Source: Longimicrobiales bacterium (GTDB lineage: Bacteria > Gemmatimonadota > Gemmatimonadetes > Longimicrobiales > Gaopeijiaceae). Taken from it: a stretch of DNA of 64,000 nucleotides. Each line of letters begins with the position of its first letter. Positions within the stretch are counted from its first letter, which is position 1. A program made the position numbers and the translations under genes. The stretch is taken from contig CAXXKM010000002.1 of the NCBI GenBank assembly GCA_963664435.2, positions 192,001 to 256,000 of the forward strand, in the 5' to 3' direction. The notes below the pieces were generated by a model. That model saw nothing but the letters and a program-made list of their open reading frames with translations, had not been told where the DNA came from and ran no database searches. Positions 10,375 to 20,137 of this stretch are shown one piece after another.

Positions 10375-11565
10375 ATGGGGGTCTCCCAGCCGAACGCCGG
10401 CGCACCGGGACCCCGGCAGGGCTGCCGCGCGCACGCGGCAGCCGGAAGGGAGCGCGGGAAAGAGGGCCGACCGCGCCCCGTCCGCGGGCGAACCCGCGCG
10501 CCGTGGGGGGTCGCAGCGCTCGGGCTTGCCGCCCTGGCCACCTCCTGCTCCCCCCTGTACGTCCTGCGCGCGGGATGGGAAGAGGCGCGCATCCTGACGG
10601 CCCGCCGGCCGATCGAGGACGTCATCCTCGACCCGGAGACCGACGACAGCACGCGCGGCAAGCTCACCTTCGCCCGACTGGCGCGCGCCTTCGCCATCGA
10701 GGAACTCGGGCTCGACGTCGGCGACTCCTACACGACCTACACCCGCCTCGACCGCGACACCCTGGCGATGGTGCTGTCCGCGGCCGAAAAGGACCGACTG
10801 GCGGCAAGGACCTGGTGGTTCCCCGTGGTGGGCCGGGTTCCCTACCGGGGGTTCTTCGACCTGGACGACGCTCTCGACGAACAGCGAAAGCTGGAGGAGG
10901 AGGGGTTCGACACCTGGCTGCGCCCCACCTCGGCCTTCAGCACGCTGGGGTGGTTCGCGGATCCGCTGATGTCCACCGTCCTGCGCCAGGACGAGATCGG
11001 GGTGGTCCAGACCATCCTGCACGAGGTCTCGCACGCCCACCTCTGGGTGGCGGGAAGCGTCAGCTTCAACGAGAGCTTCGCCACCTTCGTAGGCAATGCG
11101 GGCGCGGCCGCATTCTTCTGCGCCGATTCCGGCGAAATCGAGACCGTACGATGCACGCGCGCACGTCGGCGCTGGGGCGACGCGATGAAGTTCTCGGTAT
11201 TCCTGGACGGCCTGGTGGCGGACCTGGAACGCGTCTACGACGATGCCGCGCGAACCCGGGAAGAACGCCTCTCGGCGCGTGAACGGGTTTTCGCGGAGGC
11301 TCTGGCGCGCTTCACCGCCGAAGTGCAACCGACCTTCGAAGCGAGCACCTACGCGGGCTTCGTGGACACCCCGCTCAACAACGCCACGCTGCTCGCGCGC
11401 ATGCGCTATTACCACCGGTTGCCCGACTTTCAGGCGCTGCTCGACGACCACGACGGTGACCTGAGGACCGCGGTGGCCTGGATCGCGTCACGGGCTCCGG
11501 AACTCGCCGATCCGTTCGACGTGCTGCCGCGCGCTTCCGCGGCATCTACGGATGGAATATCGTAA
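10375..11565 (+). CDS. Putative zinc aminopeptidase lipoprotein (true start probably downstream of 10375)
   Basis: LAALATSC lipobox-like segment, WWFPVVGRVPYRGFF, AFSTLGWFADP, HEVSH (HExxH), FNESFA. Confidence 0.85.
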   Translation: MGVSQPNAGAPGPRQGCRAHAAAGRERGKEGRPRPVRGRTRAPWGVAALGLAALATSCSPLYVLRAGWEEARILTARRPIEDVILDPETDDSTRGKLTFARLARAFAIEELGLDVGDSYTTYTRLDRDTLAMVLSAAEKDRLAARTWWFPVVGRVPYRGFFDLDDALDEQRKLEEEGFDTWLRPTSAFSTLGWFADPLMSTVLRQDEIGVVQTILHEVSHAHLWVAGSVSFNESFATFVGNAGAAAFFCADSGEIETVRCTRARRRWGDAMKFSVFLDGLVADLERVYDDAARTREERLSARERVFAEALARFTAEVQPTFEASTYAGFVDTPLNNATLLARMRYYHRLPDFQALLDDHDGDLRTAVAWIASRAPELADPFDVLPRASAASTDGIS

Positions 11566-11652
11566 CTTTCTTTGTTTATTTGGGTTAGGAAATCATGTCT
11601 CCGACGGATACGGTCGGGAGTCCTACCTGAACCCTTGACGGAGGCAGGCATC

Positions 11653-12048
11653 ATGCGACGAACCGGAATGAAACTCGCGATGGCATTGTCGCTCATCATG
11701 CTTTGCTCGGCGTGCGTCTCCACGGGCAGCAGTGATGGAACTCGCCGCGACCCCGACCTGATCCTGGCCGAGGAGCTGGCGGACTATTCCACCATGAGGC
11801 TTACCGACGCGATCCGTCAGCTGCGCCCCCGCTGGATGAGCGTGCGTGGATCGGCCACGGGTAGCGCGGTGCCCGTCGTCATGGATGGCGGGGTTCCGCA
11901 GGACTGGGCGATCCTGGACTCGCTCCGCCCCGACCAGGTGCAGTCGATTCGCTTTCACAGCGCTGCCGACGCCACCATGCGCTGGGGGACAGGCTACCCC
12001 AACGGGCTGATCGAGGTGTTGACCCTGAGAGGACGGGGAGGCTGGTAG
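11653..12048 (+). CDS. Small lipoprotein with TonB-plug-like fold
   Basis: Lipobox LCSAC; DAIRQLRPRW; SIRFHSAADATMRWGTGYPNGLIEV resembles the end of a plug domain. Confidence 0.65.
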   Translation: MRRTGMKLAMALSLIMLCSACVSTGSSDGTRRDPDLILAEELADYSTMRLTDAIRQLRPRWMSVRGSATGSAVPVVMDGGVPQDWAILDSLRPDQVQSIRFHSAADATMRWGTGYPNGLIEVLTLRGRGGW

Positions 12049-12175
12049 CGGCGCGTCCGCCCGTCGGCGGCGTTCCCCTTCGGGAGCCGCCATCCAGTCA
12101 CGGATGACGGCGCGCGCGGACGGCCCGAACGGGGTGCCCGCGGAGGTTGCGAGAGGCTTTGCCGGGCGCGAACGT

Positions 12176-14632
12176 ATGGGTATGGAAGACACCCCCACCC
12201 ACAGCTACTCCCCCTCCCGGGTCGAAGCGAAGTGGCAGCGGATCTGGGAGGAGCGCGGCGCCAACGCGTTCTCGGCCGAAGAACTGCGTGACTGCGGGTC
12301 GCCGTTCTTCAACCTCATGATGTTCCCCTACCCCTCCGCCGAGGGGCTTCACGTCGGCAACATCTACGCCTTCACCGGCGCCGACATCCACGGGCGCTAT
12401 CAGCGGCTCCGCGGCCACGACGTCTTCGAGCCCATCGGCTTCGACGCCTTCGGCATCCACTCGGAGAACTTCGCGCTGAAGCACGGGACCCATCCGATGG
12501 ACCTGATCCCGGCCAACGTCGCCAACTTCACGCGCCAGCTGCGCCGTATCGGGGGAATGTTCGACTGGGATCACTCGGTGGACACCACCTCCCCCGACTA
12601 CTACCGCTGGACCCAGTGGATCTTTCTGAAGCTGTTCGAGGCCGGGCTCGCCGAGCGAAAGAAGGCGCCCGTCAACTGGTGCCCGTCGTGCATGACCGTG
12701 CTGGCCAACGAACAGGTCGAGGACGGCCTGTGCGAGCGCTGCGACGCCACCGTCGAACAGCGGGTGATCGCCCAGTGGTTCTTCCGCATCAGCGACTACT
12801 CCCAGCGACTGCTCGACAACCTGGACCACATTGACTGGTCGGAGTCGACGCGCAAGGCGCAGGCGAACTGGATCGGCCGCAGCGAGGGCGCCCGGCTCGT
12901 CTTCCCGGTGGCCGGCTCGGACGAGGTCATCGAGGTCTTCACGACCCGCCCGGACACCATCTTCGGGGCGACTTACATGGTGCTCGCTCCCGAGCACCCG
13001 CTGGTGGACGGCATCACCGCCCCCTCCCATCGCGACGACGTGCGCGCGTACATCAACCGCGTGGCGGCCATGGACGTGGTCAGCCGCCAGAAGACGGCCG
13101 GCGAGAAGACCGGCGTCTTTACCGGAGGGCACTGCGTGAACCCCGCCACCGGCGCGGAAATCCCGGTCTGGGTCGCGGACTACGTGCTCGCCGGATACGG
13201 CACCGGGGCGATCATGGCGGTGCCCGGCCACGACGAGCGCGACTTCGAGTTCGCGAACGAGTTCGGGCTGCCCGTGGTGCGGGTGGTGGCGGGGCCGGAA
13301 GACGGTGCCGACACCCCGCTCGAGGAGGCCTACACCGACAACGCCGCCGGGCGCATGGTCAACTCCGGGCGCTTCGACGGGCTGAGCGTGCCGGAGGGCA
13401 AGGCCGCCATCACCGCCGCCCTGGAAGAGCGGGGGCTGGGCGAGAAGCAGGTCAACTACCAGCTGCGCGACTGGTGCATCTCGCGCCAGCGCTACTGGGG
13501 CCCGCCCATCCCCATCGTGTACTGCCCGGACTGCGGCGCGGTCCCGGTGCCCGAGCGGGAGCTGCCGGTGATCCTGCCCCGCGTCGAGGACTTCAAGCCC
13601 GACGACGACGGCGTGAGCCCGCTCGCGCGCGTGGAGTCGTGGTACAGCATGGACTGTCCGGCCTGCGGGGGCGCCGCGCGCCGCGAGACTGACGTCTCCG
13701 ACACCTTCCTGGACAGCTCCTGGTACTTCCTGCGCTATCCGTCGGTGGGACGCGACGACATCGCCTTCGACCCGGACATCACCCGGCGCTGGCTCCCGGT
13801 GGACAGCTACATCGGCGGCAACGAGCACGCGGTGCTGCACCTGATGTACGCGCGCTTCATCACCATGGCGCTGCACGACATCGGGCTGCTGGACTTCGAG
13901 GAACCCTTCAGCCGCTTCCGCGCCCACGGCATCATCGTCAAGGACGGGCGCAAGATGTCGAAGACCCGCGGCAACGTGGTCACGCCCGATCCGGTCATTG
14001 AGGAGTTCGGCGCCGACACCTTCCGCCTGTACCTGATGTTCCTGGGGCCCTTCACCGAGGGCGGGGACTACCGCGACGACGGCATCCGGGGACCGCTGGG
14101 CTTCCTGAGGAGGCTCTGGGACGCCGTGCTGCGCGCCGCGGACAACGACGCCGATCCCGATCCCCGGCTGGAAGGGCGGCTGCATCGCACCATCGAACAG
14201 GTGACGCGCCAGATCGCGGATCTCCAGTACAACACCTGCATCTCGGGGATGATGGAGTACCTGAACGCGGTGCGCGCGGGGGGACGGACACCGGCGCGGG
14301 CCGAGATCGAGCCCGTCGTGCTCATGGTGGCGCCCTTCGCGCCGCACATCGCCGAGGAGCTGTGGGAGCGGCTCGGACACGAGGGCGGCCTGTTCGGGCG
14401 CGCCCGCTGGCCCGAATACGACCCGGAAAAGGCCAGGCGGCGCATCGTGAAGTTGGCGGTTCAGGTCAACGGCAAGGTGCGCGGCACCATCGAGGGTCCT
14501 TCGGAGATGAGCCAGGAGGATGCGGTGGCGCTCGCGCGCGAGCAGGAGAACGTCGCGCGCTTCCTCCGCAACGGGAGCGTGCGACGGGTGATCTACGTGC
14601 CGGGGCGGCTGATCAACCTGGTGGTCGGGTGA
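12176..14632 (+). CDS. leuS: Leucine--tRNA ligase
   Basis: MFPYPSAEGLHVGN (HIGH-like), FTTRPDT and GTGAIMAVPGHD editing domain, DWCISRQRYWG, KMSKT. Confidence 0.98.
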   Translation: MGMEDTPTHSYSPSRVEAKWQRIWEERGANAFSAEELRDCGSPFFNLMMFPYPSAEGLHVGNIYAFTGADIHGRYQRLRGHDVFEPIGFDAFGIHSENFALKHGTHPMDLIPANVANFTRQLRRIGGMFDWDHSVDTTSPDYYRWTQWIFLKLFEAGLAERKKAPVNWCPSCMTVLANEQVEDGLCERCDATVEQRVIAQWFFRISDYSQRLLDNLDHIDWSESTRKAQANWIGRSEGARLVFPVAGSDEVIEVFTTRPDTIFGATYMVLAPEHPLVDGITAPSHRDDVRAYINRVAAMDVVSRQKTAGEKTGVFTGGHCVNPATGAEIPVWVADYVLAGYGTGAIMAVPGHDERDFEFANEFGLPVVRVVAGPEDGADTPLEEAYTDNAAGRMVNSGRFDGLSVPEGKAAITAALEERGLGEKQVNYQLRDWCISRQRYWGPPIPIVYCPDCGAVPVPERELPVILPRVEDFKPDDDGVSPLARVESWYSMDCPACGGAARRETDVSDTFLDSSWYFLRYPSVGRDDIAFDPDITRRWLPVDSYIGGNEHAVLHLMYARFITMALHDIGLLDFEEPFSRFRAHGIIVKDGRKMSKTRGNVVTPDPVIEEFGADTFRLYLMFLGPFTEGGDYRDDGIRGPLGFLRRLWDAVLRAADNDADPDPRLEGRLHRTIEQVTRQIADLQYNTCISGMMEYLNAVRAGGRTPARAEIEPVVLMVAPFAPHIAEELWERLGHEGGLFGRARWPEYDPEKARRRIVKLAVQVNGKVRGTIEGPSEMSQEDAVALAREQENVARFLRNGSVRRVIYVPGRLINLVVG

Positions 14633-14796
14633 GGTTGGTTCCCCGGTACACCGCGCCGGCGTACTGCGCCCGCTCCAGCCCCGTTCTTTCCCGCCACGCG
14701 AGCGGTAGCCGCTGCTGCGCCCGTTCGCGGGCCCCACGCCCGCGTGCTGCGAACTGCATGCGCCGCCTTCACTTATCGCGGCGTCTGGATTCGCGA

Positions 14797-14832
14797 TTAC
14801 ACAATTTACGTAATTTACGCATTTTGCGTATT
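14797..14832. promoter_or_regulatory. Four tandem 9-bp units (consensus TTACGTAWT) upstream of tkt
   Basis: TTACACAAT TTACGTAAT TTACGCATT TTGCGTATT; an A/T-rich patch in GC-rich intergenic DNA. The same motif occurs at 56710. Confidence 0.6.
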
Positions 14833-14899
14833 TCCGTCGCTTGTCACCTGCCCGCCGTCTCGTCCCTGCCCCGCTCCCGCACCCTGAGGAAAGGCTGAA

Positions 14900-16942
14900 A
14901 TGCCCGCTTCCCCGCTTCCGGACGCCGCACTTTCGCGCCTGGCGATTGACGCCGTGCGCGTGCTCTCGATGGACGCCGTGCAGAAGGCCAACTCCGGGCA
15001 TCCGGGGGCACCGATGGGGCTGGCGCCGGTGGGATATCTGCTCTGGACCCGACACCTGCGCCACAACCCGGCGAACCCGGAGTGGAGCAACCGGGACCGC
15101 TTCGTGCTCTCGGCCGGGCACGCGTCCATGCTCATCTATTCGCTGCTGCATCTGACCGGATACGATCTGCCGCTGGAGGAGATCCGGAGCTTCCGGCAGT
15201 GGGCATCGCGCACGCCCGGGCACCCCGAGTACGGGCACACGGCGGGGGTGGAGACCACGACGGGGCCGCTGGGTCAGGGGGTCGCCAATTCCGTGGGGAT
15301 GGCGCTGGCGGAGCGCTGGCTGGCGCACCGGTTCAACCGGCCCGGGCACGCGGTGGTGGATCACCACACCTGGGCGCTCTGCTCGGATGGCGACCTGATG
15401 GAGGGGATCTCGCACGAGGCGGCCGAGTTCGCCGGCCATCAGCGGCTGGGCAAGCTGAACTGGGTGTTCGACGACAACCGCATCACCATCGACGGCGGGA
15501 CGGATCTCTCGTGCTCCACGGACCACGAGCAGCGCTTCCGCGCGTACGGGTGGGACGTGCGCCGGGTGGAGGACGGCACCGACCTGGCCGCACTGGACGC
15601 GGCGCTGGCGGGGGCGCGGGCAGAGGTGGAGCGGCCCTCGCTGGTGGTCGTGCGCACCACGATCGGGTACGGGAGCCCGGCCAAGGCGGGGTCGTCGAGC
15701 GCGCATGGGGCGCCGCTGGGGGTGGAGGAGGTGGATGCCACCAAGCGCAACCTGGGCTACCCCTCCCGCGACCCCTTCCACGTGGAGGCGGAAGCGCTGG
15801 CGCACTGGCGGGAGACGGCGGGGCGGGGGGCGGGGCTGGAGGAGGTATGGCGGGGGCGGTGGGCGGCCTACCGGGCGGAGCATCCCGCGGCGGCCGAAGA
15901 GCTCCGCGCCGCCTTGGCGGGCGAGCTGCCGGCCGGCTGGGACGCGGACATTCCCGACCTGAGCGCGCCGCCGAAACCGCTTGCGACCCGGGTGTACTCC
16001 GGGCAGGTGCTCCAGGGGCTGGGCAGGCGCATCCCCAACCTGTTGGGCGGCTCGGCCGACCTGGCCGGCTCCAACAAGACAACCCTGCCCTGGGAGGAGA
16101 ACCTGCTGCCCGGGACGCCGGGCGGGCGCACGATGCATTTCGGCGTCCGCGAGCACGCCATGGGGGGCATCCTGAACGGGATGGCGCTGCACGGAGGCGT
16201 CCGCCCGTACGGAGGCACCTTCCTCATCTTCTCGGACTACATGCGCCCCTCGATCCGACTGGCGGCGCTCATGCATCTGGCGCCCACCTACGTGTTCACC
16301 CACGACAGCATCGGCGTCGGCGAGGACGGCCCCACCCACCAGCCCATCGAGCAGCTGGTGTCGCTGCGCGCCATCCCGGGGGTGCTCGACCTGCGCCCCG
16401 GCGACGGGCCCGAGACGGCGGAAGCGTGGCGGGCGGCGCTCGCGTACACCGACGGTCCCAGTTTTCTGGCGCTCACCCGCCAGGCGGTGGCGACCATCGA
16501 CCGGAACGTGGCCGCCCCCGCGACCGGCCTGCACCGGGGCGGCTACGTCCTTCTGGAAGCGGACGGCGGGGACCCGGAAGTGATCCTTATCGCGAGCGGC
16601 TCGGAGGTCGGCGTGGCCGTGCAGGCGCGCGCCACGCTGCAGGCGGAGGGGGTGCCGACCCGGGTGGTGTCCCTGCCCAGCTGGTTCCTCTTCTCCCGCC
16701 AACCGCAGCGCTACCGCGACGAGGTGCTTCCCCCGAGCGTCACGGCTCGCGTGTCGGTGGAAGCCGGGACCACGGCCGGCTGGACCCGCTGGACCGGCGA
16801 CCGGGGCGCTTCCGTCGGCATCGACCACTTCGGGGCGTCCGCCCCCGGCGCGGTGCTCTTCGAGCAGTTCGGGATCACCGCGGAGGCGGTGGTGGCCAGG
16901 ACGCGCCCGCTGGCGAGGGTGCCGCAGCCGGTCCGGGGATAG
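14900..16942 (+). CDS. tkt: Transketolase
   Basis: [55 protein letters not shown]. Confidence 0.98.
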   Translation: MPASPLPDAALSRLAIDAVRVLSMDAVQKANSGHPGAPMGLAPVGYLLWTRHLRHNPANPEWSNRDRFVLSAGHASMLIYSLLHLTGYDLPLEEIRSFRQWASRTPGHPEYGHTAGVETTTGPLGQGVANSVGMALAERWLAHRFNRPGHAVVDHHTWALCSDGDLMEGISHEAAEFAGHQRLGKLNWVFDDNRITIDGGTDLSCSTDHEQRFRAYGWDVRRVEDGTDLAALDAALAGARAEVERPSLVVVRTTIGYGSPAKAGSSSAHGAPLGVEEVDATKRNLGYPSRDPFHVEAEALAHWRETAGRGAGLEEVWRGRWAAYRAEHPAAAEELRAALAGELPAGWDADIPDLSAPPKPLATRVYSGQVLQGLGRRIPNLLGGSADLAGSNKTTLPWEENLLPGTPGGRTMHFGVREHAMGGILNGMALHGGVRPYGGTFLIFSDYMRPSIRLAALMHLAPTYVFTHDSIGVGEDGPTHQPIEQLVSLRAIPGVLDLRPGDGPETAEAWRAALAYTDGPSFLALTRQAVATIDRNVAAPATGLHRGGYVLLEADGGDPEVILIASGSEVGVAVQARATLQAEGVPTRVVSLPSWFLFSRQPQRYRDEVLPPSVTARVSVEAGTTAGWTRWTGDRGASVGIDHFGASAPGAVLFEQFGITAEAVVARTRPLARVPQPVRG

Positions 16943-17079
16943 CCTGCCACGAGCGCCGCCCCACCAACCGGTCGGGCAGGTGCTTGCGTTCGACGGACAC
17001 CCCCCGATCAGCCCTCGTCGGTCTGGACCGGGACATCAACAACGCCCTTCGCTGAAGAGGGTGGGAGTTCCTTGCGTGT

Positions 17080-17104
17080 TTTCGATGCGGAGCGGGATTG
17101 CGAC
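17080..17104 (+). promoter_or_regulatory. Candidate alternative-sigma promoter TTTCG-N13-TTGCGAC upstream of the Ubl operon
   Basis: Identical bipartite motif and spacing at 19378-19402; followed by a Shine-Dalgarno ACAGGAG and ATG 17140. Confidence 0.65.
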
Positions 17105-17139
17105 TAATGGAATAGGCAATCTCAGACAGGAGCACCCCA

Positions 17140-17397
17140 ATGACCGCTTCAAACATCGAACAGTTCGGACGCCGCATCCCGTTCACGATCGACGGGCAAC
17201 CCTTCACAACGGACGACCTCAGTCAGCGTGCCTCGGCGCTTCTTCGTCTGGCCGGCCTGGACCCTGCCACCTTTGACCTAGGAGAACTACAAGGCAAGGA
17301 GCGTCCGCAGACGAAGCGCTTCCGCGATGACGAGATCGTCTCCATCGTCAAGGATGCCCGGTTCATTACAATCCGCCAGAGCGCACCGGTGGCCTGA
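17140..17397 (+). CDS. Ubiquitin-like (multi-ubiquitin family, single beta-grasp) protein
   Basis: Pattern FTIDG..F....ALLRLAGLDP..FDL....DDEIVSI....RFITI; good SD; first gene before the E2- and E1-like genes. Confidence 0.75.
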   Translation: MTASNIEQFGRRIPFTIDGQPFTTDDLSQRASALLRLAGLDPATFDLGELQGKERPQTKRFRDDEIVSIVKDARFITIRQSAPVA

Positions 17398-17744
17398 TGC
17401 AAACGGGTGTCGAAGCGTTCATGCGGGAGATGGCAGAGCTCGGCTTCGGGCCGACGCTCGAGGACGAGCTCGTCATCTACAAGCTAGCGGCGGTCGGCGG
17501 TGCCCACCCAGGAACATCGCTCGCAACTGGTGTCGGAGTTCACGAACTCCAGCCGTGGCCTCAGGCACCGCCGCACTGGCTTCACTTCTCAGCTGGCTTG
17601 AGGTTCACACGCACCAATAGCAGGCCGTCTCCGAAGTCTGGGTGGCTAATGCATAGCCGTCAGATAACGGGGTGGGGTGATGCCCCACCTGGAGTGGCGT
17701 GGGCAAGCCATGTCAGGGCGGTGCTTAGTGAGACGGTCGCGTGA
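17397..17744 (+). CDS. Prokaryotic E2/UBC-like protein (no cysteine)
   Basis: WPQAPPHWLH (the YP..PP-like E2 motif), GWLMHSRQ..W; TGATG overlap with Ubl; lies between Ubl and E1. Confidence 0.68.
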   Translation: MQTGVEAFMREMAELGFGPTLEDELVIYKLAAVGGAHPGTSLATGVGVHELQPWPQAPPHWLHFSAGLRFTRTNSRPSPKSGWLMHSRQITGWGDAPPGVAWASHVRAVLSETVA

Positions 17745-19246
17745 TGCGCCGAACATCAGTGGCCATGACGGCTGCGACCGAGGAGGCGCTTCTCCGCCAG
17801 ATTGTTCGCGACGACGGGCAAGAAGACCTTTGCCTCGCCACGTATCGGCCCTCCACCGGGCTGACCCGCTTCAGCGCCTTGGTCCGGGCGGTCGTCCGAC
17901 CCATGCCTGGGGATCGACTCGTCCATGGAAACGCCACTGTCACCGCCGATTACATCTTCAGGGCCGCGGAAGCGGCGCAGAAAGACAACTGCGGCGTAGT
18001 GCTACTCCACAGCCACCCCGGCGCCAGCAACTGGCAGCAAATGAGTGGTCCAGATCGCGAGTGCGAGGCCAGTTACGCCAACCTCGTGCGTGAGCTCACA
18101 GGACTTCCACTGGTTGGTATGACGCTGGCTACACGGAACCGCACCTGGTCGGCACGTCACTGGGACACCGGAGTCGGCCGAGCGGTCGATTGCACGCACT
18201 GCACGAACGTACGGGTAATCGGCGACAAGTTAGCGGTGTCTTGGAATGACGCAGTCCAACCACCTCCCCGGCCCAATGGCAGCCAGACCAGGACCGTTAG
18301 CGCTTGGGGCGAGCAGTGCCAAGCCGATCTCGTCCGGCGAAGAGTCCTTGTCGTGGGGACCGGTAGTGTCGGGCTCGATGTCTTCGTACGCCTCGCCGCA
18401 TCTGGGCTGTACCAGTTGACGGTGATGGATCACGACATCGTCGAAGTCCACAACCTGGACCGGCTTATAGGCGCGTCATCCCGCGATGCGCACCTGAGGC
18501 GGCCCAAGATTCACGTAGCCGTGCGGGAAGCCACGGCAGCAGCTACTGCGGACAGGTGCAGTATCCAGGCTTCGGACCGGTCCATCTGTGAACCGGAAGG
18601 GCTGCGGCTGGCACTCGATCATGACCTCATTTTCAGCTGCGTCGACAGGCCATGGCCACGAGCTGTACTCAATTCACTAGCGTACTCCGACCTCATCCCG
18701 GTTATCGATGGTGGCACGGCCATAGATACCTTCGACAGCGGGGAAATGCGCAATGCCACCTGGCGATCTCACGTCGTTAGACCGGGGCGTCCGTGCATGA
18801 GTTGCAATCGCCAGCTCCAACTCGGCGAAGTTGCTCTCGAGCGCCAAGGACTGCTCGATGATCCTGCTTACATCCAAGGCGTTGGAGAGGGACCGGCGTC
18901 AGTCAGCCCGAATGTGGCTCCGCTCTCTGCAAACGTTGCTGCGACCATCCTTGCTCAGTACGTCAGCTTCAGTGTGGCTCCTGCTGGCTTCGGCGATCCG
19001 GGCCCACTCCAGTACCTATTGAGCACTCACTGTCTCGAGCATCGCAGGGATGCGACAAGCCTACACTGCGCCGTTGAAGCTGACGAAGGTGTCGGCGATC
19101 ATCGCGTCTGCCTGACGGGCCTCCATGACGTCGCCGAACGACAACGACGACTCTCAAGGTCGGTAAGAACCCGCGTTCGTTGGCTCCGCTGGGTGGACGA
19201 TCGTACGCAATTCGTTACGAGGTGGTTGGACCGTGTCGTATCATGA
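17741..19246 (+). CDS. JAB metallopeptidase - ThiF/E1 adenylyltransferase fusion
   Basis: N-terminal E (GQED) and HSHP...S..D JAB motif; C-terminal VVGTGSVG, DHDIVEVHNLDRL, CVDRPWPR, IDGG, PCMSC. Confidence 0.88.
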   Translation: MMRRTSVAMTAATEEALLRQIVRDDGQEDLCLATYRPSTGLTRFSALVRAVVRPMPGDRLVHGNATVTADYIFRAAEAAQKDNCGVVLLHSHPGASNWQQMSGPDRECEASYANLVRELTGLPLVGMTLATRNRTWSARHWDTGVGRAVDCTHCTNVRVIGDKLAVSWNDAVQPPPRPNGSQTRTVSAWGEQCQADLVRRRVLVVGTGSVGLDVFVRLAASGLYQLTVMDHDIVEVHNLDRLIGASSRDAHLRRPKIHVAVREATAAATADRCSIQASDRSICEPEGLRLALDHDLIFSCVDRPWPRAVLNSLAYSDLIPVIDGGTAIDTFDSGEMRNATWRSHVVRPGRPCMSCNRQLQLGEVALERQGLLDDPAYIQGVGEGPASVSPNVAPLSANVAATILAQYVSFSVAPAGFGDPGPLQYLLSTHCLEHRRDATSLHCAVEADEGVGDHRVCLTGLHDVAERQRRLSRSVRTRVRWLRWVDDRTQFVTRWLDRVVS

Positions 19247-19377
19247 ATCTCGAGATTCTTGGCCGCGCCGCCTCCCGCGTTGAGATGCCGCATCGAAACT
19301 CGGACGATCCGGCGGTCCGTGCGGGGCAAACCAGCGTTGCCTCGCACGCGTCTGTCTACTTGGCGGGTGTGGTCCGC

Positions 19378-19402
19378 TTTCGCCCTCCACGTCGTTTGCG
19401 AC
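19378..19402 (+). promoter_or_regulatory. Second copy of TTTCG-N13-TTGCGAC, 12 nt before the sigma-factor start (near-leaderless)
   Basis: Direct match to 17080-17104; no SD before ATG 19415. Confidence 0.65.
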
Positions 19403-19414
19403 GGTTGAATTGAC

Positions 19415-20137
19415 ATGGACTCACGCGCAATCGACTCCACCCACCCACTCCTGGCGGACAGGGAGCGTCTCGATGCGATCGCCGACGTCATGTACGCAAA
19501 GATCCAGAAGACTCTCTTTCCAGGGAATCCGGTACGGCGCCGCCGGGCACTGGCGAGTCAATCCAACGATACGGGCGAGGGAGAACGGATTCTGGAGGGG
19601 ACCGGAGTCAGCGCGGATGATGTTCTCTCCGAAGCGCTTGTCGGACTTCTTCAGTACCCACCAGCGCGCCTCAAGAGCACATGGGAGGGCTTGGCTGTCA
19701 CGATCGCCCGAAACAAGGCAACCAGCGCGTTGCGCGCTTCGGGGAAAGGCCTGAGAGGCACTGACCATCGACCCAAACTGCAACTGGTGTCGGGCGATGC
19801 CGAACGGGAAGGTCCGTCCGGTGAAACCCAGCCAACGCTCTTCGCATCACTTCCTAGCAACTGGGTTGATCCGGAAACCGAATACACTGTCACACAAGGT
19901 GCATTGAAGTTGCTCGACCTCGCCCGAGAGATCCTCGATGAACGAAACCAAGAGATCTTTCTTGCGATTCACTTCCGTGGCGAAAGTCGCAAGGAAGTCG
20001 GTGAACGACTTGGTTTGACCACCCAGCGGATCGGACAAATCTACAATGGCGCCCTGGGCATGCTGGAAGCCCGCCCTGATTATCCCTTCAAGCGTAGCGC
20101 ACGAGTCGACCGTATTGCAACAAAGGGAAGCCGATGA
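19415..20137 (+). CDS. ECF-like sigma-70 family RNA polymerase sigma factor
   Basis: Region 2-like ADDVLSEAL...AVTIARNKATSALR; region 4 HTH LDERNQEIF...GESRKEVGERLGLTTQRIGQI. Confidence 0.82.
   Translation: MDSRAIDSTHPLLADRERLDAIADVMYAKIQKTLFPGNPVRRRRALASQSNDTGEGERILEGTGVSADDVLSEALVGLLQYPPARLKSTWEGLAVTIARNKATSALRASGKGLRGTDHRPKLQLVSGDAEREGPSGETQPTLFASLPSNWVDPETEYTVTQGALKLLDLAREILDERNQEIFLAIHFRGESRKEVGERLGLTTQRIGQIYNGALGMLEARPDYPFKRSARVDRIATKGSR

Noticed and set aside
12098..16828. 1576-aa minus-strand ORF and similar long ORFs (20..1429, 2262..4817, 8473..11451, 26162..28933, 30342..33479, 39924..42251, 53703..56405, 59965..63117)
   Set aside because: Antisense shadows of well-supported genes in high-GC DNA; no motifs and biased composition.
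16943..17040. att site or direct repeat bounding the island (ACCCCCCG near 16999 and 25831)
   Set aside because: Short low-complexity match, with no integrase or tRNA to support it.
17741..19246. Housekeeping ThiF/MoeB for thiamine or molybdopterin synthesis
   Set aside because: Fused to JAB, flanked by an E2-like gene, no GG-ending sulfur carrier and no cofactor genes nearby.
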